From Lama guanicoe (lineage: Eukaryota): a stretch of DNA of 43,490 nucleotides. A model generated the notes under the pieces. It was not told the DNA's origin. It made no database searches and worked only from the letters and a program-made list of their open reading frames with translations. The translations under genes and the position numbers were made by a program. This document shows positions 1 to 10,500 of the stretch, piece by piece; the first letter of the stretch is position 1; every line of letters starts with the position of its first letter. The stretch spans positions 155,563-199,052 of the forward strand of contig MU053859.1 of the NCBI GenBank assembly GCA_013239625.1, given 5' to 3'.

Positions 1-560
1 CAGCACTATTTACAATAGCCAAAACATGGAAACAGCCTAAATGTCCATCAACAGGTGACTGGATAAAGAAGATGTGGTATATTTATACAATGGAATACTA
101 CTCAGCCATAAAAACCGACAACATAATGCTATTTGCAGCAACATGGATGCTCCTGGAGAATGTCATTCTAAGTGAAGTAAGCCAGAAAGAGAAAGAAAAA
201 TACCACATGAGATCGCTCATATGTGGAATCTAAAAAACAAAAACAAACAAACAAACAAAAACAAAGTGTAAATACAGGACAGAAATAGACTCACAGACAG
301 AGAATACAGACTTGTGGTTACCAGGGGGGTGGAGGGTGGGAAGGGATAGACTGGGATTTCAAAATTGTAGAATAGATAAACAAGATTACACTGTATAGCA
401 CAGGGAAATATACACAAAATGTTATGATAACTCACAGAGAAAAAAATGTGACAATGAGTGTGTATATGTCCATGAATGACTGAAAAATTGTGCTGAACAC
501 TGGAATTTGACACAACATTGTAAAATGATTATAAATGAATAAAAATGTTAAAAAAAAAAA
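1..560 (+). mobile_element. Young L1 3' end (ORF2 C-terminus, 3'UTR, polyA tail); continues off the left edge
   Basis: Encodes [37 protein letters not shown], typical of the L1 ORF2 end. AATAAA near 538 and an A-tail ending at 560. Nearly the reverse complement of the L1 at 39097-39670. Confidence 0.97.
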
Positions 561-1450
561 GAGTTTATTCCATATTTCAGTGATACTACAATTGCACCAG
601 TCATTTCTGGGCAATCAGAGATGGAAGTTGTACCTGTCAAGTCAGTCCAGGGCACTGCTTTATGATTGGGTAGCCCAGAGCCAAGGTAGGCATCTGGGTT
701 GGGTAACTTTTCAGCAGAGTCTGCTTCTGAGCGCCATCTGCATCAACAGCTTACAGCTTCTAGGGGCTGCAGATCATTCACGTGGCTCTTTTCATGTGAG
801 GAGTATTTCAGAGGATGAAGAGGGTGCTTTTTGCTTTGTTCTTCTCAAAGCCGAGTTCTCTAAGGAAGTGGTTCTCAGCTGCAGGGAGCCTGTTCTCACA
901 GTACCTGCTCTACAGAGATCTAATCTGTTTCATTAACACTCGTGGAATTCACTCCACAAACAGCCGGTTTCCCTTGGGTTTTGGGCGAGTCCCATGGGGC
1001 ACTCTGGGACTCTCACACTGAAGCAAGGGATGTCATGTCTTCGTAGGTGGAGCCGACAGTAAGGGTTCGAACTGCATGATTTGGAATTGATTTTGAACCT
1101 CATAAAAGTCAGGCAAGGCTTACTTACTAGAAGCATTAAAAAGGCACCTGCGATTTCCTCCTGCTTTTTCTTGCTGCTTTGGAAAAAGCTGAAAACCCCT
1201 TTATTTTCTTTCTCTTTCACGGTGTCTGGGTTCTGTGATGTTTGACAGGACTCTGCTGGTATCTACGGCATCCCATTCTTTTGGTCAGGAGGGGACTTTG
1301 TTGGGTAGAGAGGCTCCTGAGTGTGACAATTCCTCAAAAGCAGGGTGTGCTGGTCAGTCTCACATGTGCTGCAAATGACAGGGACAAGGTGCTGAAGTGA
1401 CCCACGCACTGACCCTCGCCATTGTCTTCCGAGTTTTCTTTTCTTTGAAA
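561..1450 (-). pseudogene. COBLL1: Decayed, apparently processed copy of COBLL1 (cordon-bleu-like 1), interrupted on the left by the L1
   Basis: The minus strand gives collinear peptides [109 protein letters not shown] and CPEMTGAIVVSLKYGINS. These match recalled COBLL1 ([89 protein letters not shown]). Several stops and frameshifts, no introns. Confidence 0.88.
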
Positions 1451-2347
1451 CTTTGCAATGACTGTATTTCCATGAAAAGTGAAGACAGTACACTTCAGAA
1501 TTTGGGATGAGGAAAGGCAGACGGTAAAAATCAGATACCATTTTTAAATGTTTCACTTCAGTTTACCAAAGGACCTATTCGATTGTTGAGTTACAGACAG
1601 CTTTAAAAAAAAAAAATGTTCCCTGATAGATACGGGAAATCAAGCATTAAAACAATGTAGACAGAATTCCAAACGACCACAGTAAAATAGTCCCTATCAG
1701 TTCACGCAGCCTCATTCTTCTGGACTTGGGGTCAGCAGTCTCATGAAGCTGTCTGTTTCTCAACTACAAAGAGTTCTGGAAATCTTGATCAACACGCTGG
1801 AAAGGTCTGACCAGTGTCCAGGCAAGGCCACCAGAAGCCTGTCCCCACAAATCTATTTTTTGGATGGGAGTGTGAGGAGTTTGAAGTGCCCGGTACAGTC
1901 CCTTTCTGTGGGCTCTGAGGTGGTCCTTCGTCCTTGAAGTCACAAACTCTGACCCTACCAAGTTGCAGACACTTCCTTTTTATTGTTTTGTTTGTTTGTT
2001 TTCTCTCTCTCTCTCTCTTTTTTTTCTTTTTTTTTTTCATGGCCACAAGCTGGAATCAGCTGAGGCGGGGCTAGAAAATGCACTGGTGCGTATAGTTTTG
2101 TCCCACAGTTGGCGGACCTGATTTAACTGGGCTGGGGTGTGGCCTTGATACTGTTTGTTTTTTTTCTCCCTCGCAAGCTTTCCAAATGTTTCCTGTGCAG
2201 CCAAGATTAGAGAACGGCTGTATTTAAAGCTAAGCTTCCTTCCTGCCTTTGCTTACACAGGGTTGACATAAGTTGGGCGTAACTAACAGAGTGGGATGCG
2301 TGGTTAAAATAAAAAATCATTCTAAGTTAATAGGAACACTTATTAAT

Positions 2348-2465
2348 TTAATTTGAGGGGACAGGTAATTAAGTTTACTTATTTTTATAACAGAGATACT
2401 GGGGATTGAACCCAGGACTTCACACAAGCTAAGCACACGCTCTACCACTGAGGTAGACCCTCGCC
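2348..2465 (-). mobile_element. tRNA-derived SINE (camelid Vic-1-like)
   Basis: Reverse-strand A/B boxes (ggggattgaacccagg ... ctaccactgag). 16-bp TSD aggaacacttattaat (2332-2347) / aggaccacttattaat (2466-2481). Confidence 0.9.
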
Positions 2466-2632
2466 AGGACCACTTATTAATATGGAGCCTTTAAATGCCC
2501 ATTCTTTGTAACATTCCACAAAATCAAAAGAACAATTAAAAACAAAAGCCCACATACAGGCCCTTCAGACAAGCGTCAGAGTGAAACAGAGCGGGCTGCA
2601 GGTGGACAGCCACACCTTTTCTTTTCTTTACG

Positions 2633-2740
2633 CCCATTTTACGAAAGATAAAATTGGAGTGCAGAGAATTTGAGTGGCCTGCACAGGGTCGGGGGAGTAA
2701 TAATCAGAGTCAAGAATTCTTACCAGGCAGCCTGGCTCCC
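2633..2740 (-). mobile_element. MIR fragment
   Basis: Degenerate match to the MIR core (cccattttac..a.a..aaa.tg.g..cagaga.....agtg.c.tgc.caggtc ... ccaggcag.ctggctcc). Confidence 0.6.
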
Positions 2741-2978
2741 ACACTGCAAGCACAAACCACTAAAGTGGAAGAGCGCCCCCACCACCGCTAAGCTGGTGCC
2801 CCTGGCAAAGCAAACTTCCTTCTGACCAAAGTCCGAGGAGCCTCCCCGCCTTCACAGGCTGAGCTCCCGTGATCAGCCCCTCCTCCTGGCCTCCTGAGGG
2901 GCTGCTGATGCAGGTGTGCCCACTTCGAGTGAGCCCCACGGGGCCCATGGTTTGAACCCGTCTTGCCAAATGCAATGG

Positions 2979-3568
2979 TGTTGTGGAAAAATGTGTTCCA
3001 GGTCAGCATTACAGCTCGTTGTTGCAGCTCAGTCGTGACAGCAACCTGGGTCCAGGCGAGAGACCAAGCCGCACCCCTAGAGTTGGAGAACTCAGGTTTA
3101 TAAGGCCTACAGGACCAGAGAAGTTAACACTCCAAGCTCTGGACCCCGTCTGTATGTTTACACAGGCTTTTATAGGCTGTAGTTTACACTTTGCAACATC
3201 ATATGCAAATAAAGTATAACAAAAGTTCACCAACCAGGAACAAGCTTTGTAGAAATAGACCAATCAGGAGTGAGGGAAAAGGACCAATCAGGAGTGAGAG
3301 AAATAACCAATCAGGAGTGAGCTCCATGCAAATGAAGTACTACAAATGGACCAATCAGAAGTTACTGAAGTGGGCCAATCAGGAGTGAAGGAAATAACCA
3401 ATCAGAAGTGAGCTCAAGGAACCCATAGAATTTTAGGGGTAATTAAGCCATTTCAGAGGCAAAAGGTGAGATAGAGCCTTTGGGCCAGGGAACCAGACTG
3501 TGCTGGCAGGAGAGTAGTGGCCCTGCTTGGGGGGTCCTGCTGGTCTTTTTATGGGGCTTCCTGCCTCA
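2979..3568 (-). mobile_element. Solo LTR, class I ERV, CCAAT/octamer-rich family (copy 1)
   Basis: TG...CA termini; flanks atgg/atga (3 of 4 TSD bases match). TATA box (cctataaaag on minus), six ccaatcag repeats, ATGCAAAT at 3203 and 3326. Homologous to 6059-6548 and 37137-37655. Confidence 0.93.
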
Positions 3569-6058
3569 ATGAAGTGAATGTAACTCCAAGATCAATCCCT
3601 GTGAACTCAGAGGGGCTGAGACAAGACCCCCCCCCCCTCTAGTCATCTGATGTCCTTTGCACACATAAGATAAAGCACCCCTTTGGGGCTAGGGAGACTT
3701 TTTATAAAATTACCATATCTGCCCCTTCTGGGCTGAGACAGAGCCACCCCAACCCACCCAGATACAGACATCATGTGAGCTTTCTTAAAATTGATCATGC
3801 CCTAGGGCGTTCTCCCGCTACAGGTCGTAGGGCTCTTTTTTCATCCAAAATAGTTCTCTTTAAAATGACCCTCTCCACATCCAACATTCCAATCAGAGTA
3901 TTTGGCTTAGAGCTAGATAATGAAATTATTTACAACCGGCAGCGGATCAGCCCTGCGGCTTGGAGGCTGTAATGACACTGTGCACACAGGAGCGTCAACA
4001 AGCCGTGTGCTACCTGGAAGAGTAGTAGATGAATTTCCTGCAGAGGGCGATGTCTTAACCACGTTTGCCTTTTGTTCCAAGATGAAAGGAAATTTCACAG
4101 ATCTGTCAGCAGAAGAAACCTCTATTTATGGTCTCAGCTGAAGGAAGTGGGGCACTGGTTCGCGTCTTCTCTGCGGTGACAGCTGCAGGCAGAGGGTGGG
4201 ACTGCAAGGGCAAGTGATAACAACCTGTGTTTGTGGTACTCAATAGCCCTGCCCTATAGGTGTCTGCACCTGCTCTCTGTCCTCCCACTCATGCTTCCTG
4301 GGAAGAAGTAGCAACTTCTCCATAGTTCAGTCCAGCGCCTAAGGTCACCATGCCCTTCCAAGGCACAACAGGGCTTTCCCCCACACCCTGCACCATTTGC
4401 CTACCCAGAACTCAGGACCTGCTGCGCCTCCTCCAGAGCATCGCCCGGAAGTGGTGGCGAGGCTGGCTGCATCCCAGCCAGAGAGGCATCCGGCCAGAGG
4501 GAGTGTTCGAGGGTGGGGGAGGGAGACACTGACTCTAGGTTTCCACTGAAAGGAGGTCACTGGTGACCCTGACAGGAGCCGTTTTGGTGAAGTGATAGGG
4601 AAAAAAACCAAAAACATAAACAAGCAAACTAAAGCAGACATCCACGTGGGGTCAAGAGAAAATGAGCGGAGAGTAAGAGAAGAGGGGATTATCGACATCT
4701 CTTTTGAAGGTGTTGCTGTGAAAGGAGCATCAAAGTAGCTGATCATTGTCATTCTCACAGTGCAGCTGTGATGGGAGCTGTTTAACCCAAAGGAATCCTT
4801 GATTTTAGTTCCTGACGCTGCTCTTTCACTTATTGTTTTAATTTCTTTGGGAGTTTAATCAGCTAGCTTGAAACCATAGACTGTTTCGTTCCTGCCAAGT
4901 GCTTAGGTAAAGGGACAAGAAAGTTTGGATGGAATGGTTGAAGATGAAGAAAAATCTGATGCAACACAACATTGTGGAGAGAAGTGGGAGGGTGGAGGAC
5001 AACAGAAGCAGGACTGGAGCGTTAAGATTTGCAAAGAGGGCACTAGAAACTGGGAAGCAGAACAAACAATGTTGACAGACAACATAAAAACATTTATTCT
5101 TCCAAATTTTTCTCAAGGCACACCCTGCTGACAGTCTTCTCCTTATCATTTGGATTTTGCCACCAGAAGTCACTAGAGCTCAACTTTGTCCATCAGAGAT
5201 GAAGCCTTCCCAAGAAACTTACCAATGGTTTTCAAAGACAAATGAAACATGGCTGAAAAGCAGAACGAGCTGTAAAGAAAAAACACGCTGCTGTGGTCAT
5301 TATCTAGGGTTCTAGATGCAGAGGACTTGACTACATGATGTCCAGAGTCTTTATTTAACACATGGCAAAAGGGATTTTCTTTGCAATTATATTTTTCTGT
5401 TATTCCTTTCTGTGACAACAACAACAAAAGCAAACAATAAACCACTGTGAGAAGGATATTTTAAGTCAGTTACTGAGCAAGGGCGTGCTTGTTAACTATT
5501 TTTGGCTCCTGGGGCACAAAACAGATAGGTCCCTCCACGCAAAGGGCTGACCTGGAGGATCAACACAAGTTTAACTGAGGACGTAAAGCCTGAGGTGCAT
5601 TTGAGTGAAGTAGGAGTCAACCTGAAGAAGTAAACTGGAGAGGCGGTCCAGGGTGTGGAGGAGGTGGAGGAAGGCTTTCTGAGTAGTGAAAGCAGGCTTT
5701 TAAGTTCGTCAAGGCTTGCTGAAGATTTTTGTTAGTTTCTCTTTTCTTTTCTTTGCCATAAAAAATAAAACTGTACCTGTTTTGAAACTGGAAAAACTTG
5801 GAGCTGTATCTTTTTTTGGCGACTCGCATTCCATAGGATGAAGCTGATATTCTGCATTCTGTTCTACATAGTATTCTATCCAGTTTGTACACTGAGATCC
5901 CCACTGTGAACGGAAGTTCTTATTTCACCATGTTTCAGTTTGCACGTAATAGTAGTTTTCACAGCAGTAACCAAGATCAACCACTGTATGCACTTTTACC
6001 TCTTTTTCTTCTGTTCCCAGTCTCCTCAGAATCAGAACACATACATCCCCTGTGCTTG

Positions 6059-6548
6059 TGAGGCGGGAAGCCCCATAAAAAGACCAGCGGGACCCCCAGG
6101 GAGGGGCACTGCTCTCCGGCCAGCACCATCTGATTCCCTGGCGCAGAGGCTCTCTCACTTTTTGCCTGAAACTGCTCACTTACCCCTAAAATTCTATTGG
6201 TTCCCTGAGCTCACTCCTGATTGCTTATTTCCCTCACTCCTGATTGGTTGTTTCCTTCACTCTGATTGGTTATTTCTCTCCCTCCTGATTGGTCTATTTC
6301 TACAAAGCTTGTTCCTAGTTGGTCAACTTTTGTTATACCTTATTTGCATATGATGTTGCAAAGTGTAAACTGGCAGCCTATAAAAGCCTGTGTAAACTTA
6401 CAGACCTGGTCGAGAGCTTGGAGTGTTAACTTCTGTGGGCCTACTGGTGTAATAAACCTGAGTCCTCCAACTCTCCAAGTGCTGCTTGGTCTCTTGCACA
6501 GATCCATGTTGCTGTCACAAGTGAGCTGTAACACAATTTTCTGCAACA
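6059..6548 (+). mobile_element. Solo LTR, same family (copy 2)
   Basis: TGAGGC...CAACA with a perfect 4-bp TSD cttg. ctgattgg repeats, octamer atttgcat at 6342-6349, TATA cctataaaag near 6377, AATAAA at 6451. Confidence 0.95.
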
Positions 6549-7400
6549 CTTGCAATATGGTGTCCTCAACACTGGCCAGAGAACCGTGGTCCAAGCCTGG
6601 TGATGGTATTATGTATACCCAGGGCCCCTCAACACTCCTGGCAGGTGAATATTTGAGTTTCTCCATCAATCACCCATGTCTCTTAATTTTTCCATATTTT
6701 TCAATGCTCTGCCTTTCCATTCTGTTCTGTGACAATTTCAGTACAATCTGCTTGCTACCTCACCACTTTGCTTTTTGTTTTCAGCTAGGTCCATTCTTCT
6801 GTTTAGCCTTTCTATTCAGTATGTTTCAACAATAATTTGCTTTGTTTTGTTTTCAAGATTACAATCAGGCCCAGCCTGGTTGACACAAAAAGTAACCCTC
6901 TCCCACACTTATGGATCTCCCCAGTTCAGCACATACTGGGGAACATAAGCCAAATTCCCTGCAGTGAATCACAGCACTTTGGATGGAGAAGCAATGGAAG
7001 GAGAAGGAAGCCTCAGCTGAGGCCTTGCGGAGCAACAGACCTGAGGAAGCCCACACAGGTGGCTCAAGGAGAAGGGAGCTCAGTAGACCTTACCACACAC
7101 CCATCTTTTTAACCTTGTGTGCCAATAGGTGAGAACCAAGTTAGTCAGAAAAACAGTAACCACAAGAACAGACTTTAAACAGACAGGATTCTACTACTAG
7201 AAAACTGAAGAAAATGAAAGCACTGGATTTCAAGCAAAGTAATTACATTAGAGAAAGATTTAAAAGGGGACCCTAAGCAGTGTCTTGGCTTCACCCCGTT
7301 ACCAAAAGCAACATCTTCAGTTGGTTTATCAGTATAAATGAATGCAAGGAAAGCATGGGGAGACTAATCTATTAAGCACCTACAAATGTACGTCTGAAGG

Positions 7401-7539
7401 TCATTTCGGGCTTTGTCTCCTCATCTGGACGTACACGTCTGGCTTTGAACAAATCCACTTCCTCTCTGAGTAGTGCCTGGCACTGCTGGCCCCTTTGTCA
7501 TTCAAATAGGCACACTCGCCTCCTCCTTTAATAGGAAAA
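7401..7539 (-). CDS. CLEC2D: CLEC2D coding exon 5
   Basis: Acceptor ccattgcag|. Encodes FPIKGGGECAYLNDKGASSARHYSERKWICSKPDVYVQMRRQSPK, with TGA at 7403-7401. Confidence 0.95.
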
Positions 7540-10500
7540 CTGCAATGGATGAAGCAGAATCAATCAGTTGGTCACTGGACAATCCTTCAAATGCAGAGAG
7601 AATGAAGATGGAAAAATAAACAACATTAACTCAGCTTTTAAATAGAAGACACATCACACATGCCATCTCTTCAATATTAAAGATTACCCAGTAAGATATT
7701 TATTATTATTATCTCTTTCTAGAAACAAAAACAAAAAATAACCTTTGAACTTTCCAAGGTCCCATAACAAATAAAACTAGGATTTATACCTAAATCCATG
7801 AAAAACCTGGGCCTAAGCTATTTCCACCTTCCTCACTCTGAGAAAGAGAGAAGTGAAGAAATGCTACTATGTTGCAGGCACCTTCTTTTCATTCTTAGGG
7901 CCAGATTTTCTCCTGGCTTATGTGTTGATCACTAGTCAATGGGCTTTGATTAGCTGCAGCTACAAGAAATCAACTAGAGAGTCAATGAAGCAAATCTGTC
8001 TCCCATCTATAAGCGTAGTGTTCTTTTTCTTTTTTTTTTAACATTTTCTTATTGAGTTATAGTCATTTTACAATGTTGTATCAATTTCCAGTGCAGAGCA
8101 CAATTTTTCAGTTATACACGAACATACACTTATTCATTGTCACATTTTTTCTTCGCTGTGAGCTACCACCAGATCTTGTATACATTTCCCTGTGCTCTAC
8201 AGTATAACCTTGTTTCTCTATTCTGCATATGCCTGTCGGTAGCTACAAATTTTGAAGCGCAGTGTTCCTTACTACATCCAAAGCTCCAGTTGGCTCGTGG
8301 GAAAGGTCAGACCCATGGTCTTTTCCCAACAGTTTCAGCAATATTCCACTTCCTTAAATAGCTGGAGACCTCAGCAGCTTTTTCTAAGCCCCAGATTTCA
8401 CGACAGTCTTCATACTTCCCTGGTTGTTCTAGTACTAAAAATATGATGCTGTTCAGCTGAGTTTCATGGCCTGACACAGACATTTGGGTCAGCATTTAGA
8501 CTGTAAGTTTCTCCGCTTTGCTAGTTGAAATTTCAGTACTCTGTTGGGATTTGCTAATTGTTGAGACATGCTAGGTCTTAATAAATATAATGTTTTTCAT
8601 TTCCATAGTGATCATCAGTTTTCAATAACTGGATAGTTAACAATGTATTTGATCCTTAAAACACGTTTAGACAGAGTAAATACATCAGAATTGTAAAGAA
8701 AGAAAGGTTAATTCTAATATTTATCAAGCATCCAAAATTAGGCACTGCAGATACCACAGTGGATAAATATACATTCTAATTCCTAAAACTTACTATCTGT
8801 CCAAGGTCAAAGAGTTAATGAGTAAGAACTAGCTTTCAGACCTACTAATGTCCAGTCCAGGGCCCTTGTCACTAAATGTTTTCAGTGTTGGCTATTTTAT
8901 CATCATAAAGCAGCTTTTCAAAATCCCCTCATCTCCTCAGACAAGAAAGCATTTAGTGAAAATATCTGAATCCAAGTCTTTCAGCATTATCCAAAATGTT
9001 TTCAGTAATAGGAAGATCTTATAAATATACAATTGAGATTAAATTTGACAACGCCAAACTTTGCCTGTCCTATACCTTATAGCTATAATTTTATAAATAT
9101 TAGGTATTATTACCATCTCTCGTCATCCCCCTGTAAAGGGCCAAAGACTGATGCAATGGTAGTTTAATTTAGCAACTTATCTTGCATTTATGCAATATTT
9201 TAATGTTAAGCACATCACAGTCATACACCTCAAAACTCTGATCCTTTTGTCAACCGTAAGATCAACAGGGCAAGTACAATTGATTTTGTTACAGAGGTAG
9301 TAAGATGTTGTGTGGTTTGCTCAAACTGAAAAAGTTGGTAAATGACGTAGATAAGATTGGCATCAAATCTGTAGTCCTTGTACCGTGCCACCTGTGATAG
9401 GCTTTGGGTTGGTTCAAAGAGCTTGCAAAGCCCTTGCAACGTACAAACTGGCACTTCCTTTATGACTAATCATAAAATAAGAATTTTTAGAGCAAACAAC
9501 TGAAGAACACTCTCATTTTCAGGCAAAGTAAATTCAAACACAAACATTGCTGCCGTGTTTTTCAGAACTTACAAACTGTTCCATTCAGTGCCATTTATCC
9601 ATTTCCACAGCTGTCCTTCTTCTCTGCTCAGCCCAATCCAGTGGTCATAAGGGCCTTTATCCCTTAACAGGAAACCCTTCCAGAAAACACAGAGATAATA
9701 TTCATTAACCTGGCATTACTCAGCCTCTCCCAGAAGAAATGCCGCTTTTACGCTGGGTTTTTAACTGTTCTTTTAATTTTCTTCTTTTTAATCTTATATT
9801 GCTTAATAATACACAGAGAATACATTTAAGCTATCTATTTCCCTCAGTACTGCATCCATTGTACACCTTCAGTTTGGGTGTTTTGTGTTTTCATTTACTT
9901 TGTGTCAATGTATTTTCTAATTCCTCTGTGATTTCTTTTTTCATCATTCGATATTATGAGTGAGTTCTTTAGTTTCCACATGGTTGTGAATTTTTCCATT
10001 TTCCTTCTGTTATTGATTTCTAGCCTGATTCCATTATGACTGCAACAGGAACTTGGCATGGTTTCAACCTTGATGTTTTAAAAACAAACCTTGGGTTTAT
10101 CCTGCTAACACGGCAAGTCATTATATACTTAACACAACTGAGATGCACCATTTTGATGAGCAGACCATTGCTTGGAAACACTATTTTCATAGTACATGAA
10201 ATACAAGAGCTTAGGGTAACATGAGATTAACTCTGCTGTTGAACCTGTTAGTAAGGTTTTAATTCTTTTTGTCCTTTTCAGCTCCAGAATTTGTTTGGTT
10301 CCTTTCTATCTTTTTATTGATATTCTCATTTTATTTATATTGTTATGGAAATGACAGGCCAGCCAAGAAACAAGCACCACTCGGAGGGTTGGAGTACTCA
10401 GGTTTACTACGCCAGCGGGCTCAGAGGGGCTTCTGCTCCAAAGCTCTGAGCACTTCCAAGACGTGCACATGAGGTTTTATAGGGTTAATTACAAGTATGG

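Noticed and set aside
1451..1975. Possible 5' continuation of the COBLL1 copy or another coding fragment (ORFs 1743-2046)
   Set aside because: No match to the recalled COBLL1 N-terminus or any other protein I recognise.
3255..3415. Regularly spaced ccaatcaggagtga repeats that superficially resemble a CRISPR array
   Set aside because: The spacers are short and related to each other, the context is a mammalian LTR U3, and there are no cas genes.
3570..5930. Searched for KLRB1/NKR-P1 or other lectin exons in the unique sequence here and at 36250-39000
   Set aside because: I found no CTLD motifs (CP..W, WIGL, WIC) with flanking splice sites by eye.
5940..6835. Long ORFs (137 and 189 aa) and an exon-like segment (acceptor near 6020, donor near 6644) interrupted by the LTR
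   Set aside because: The ORFs are mostly LTR sequence. Removing the LTR gives no recognisable protein in any frame.
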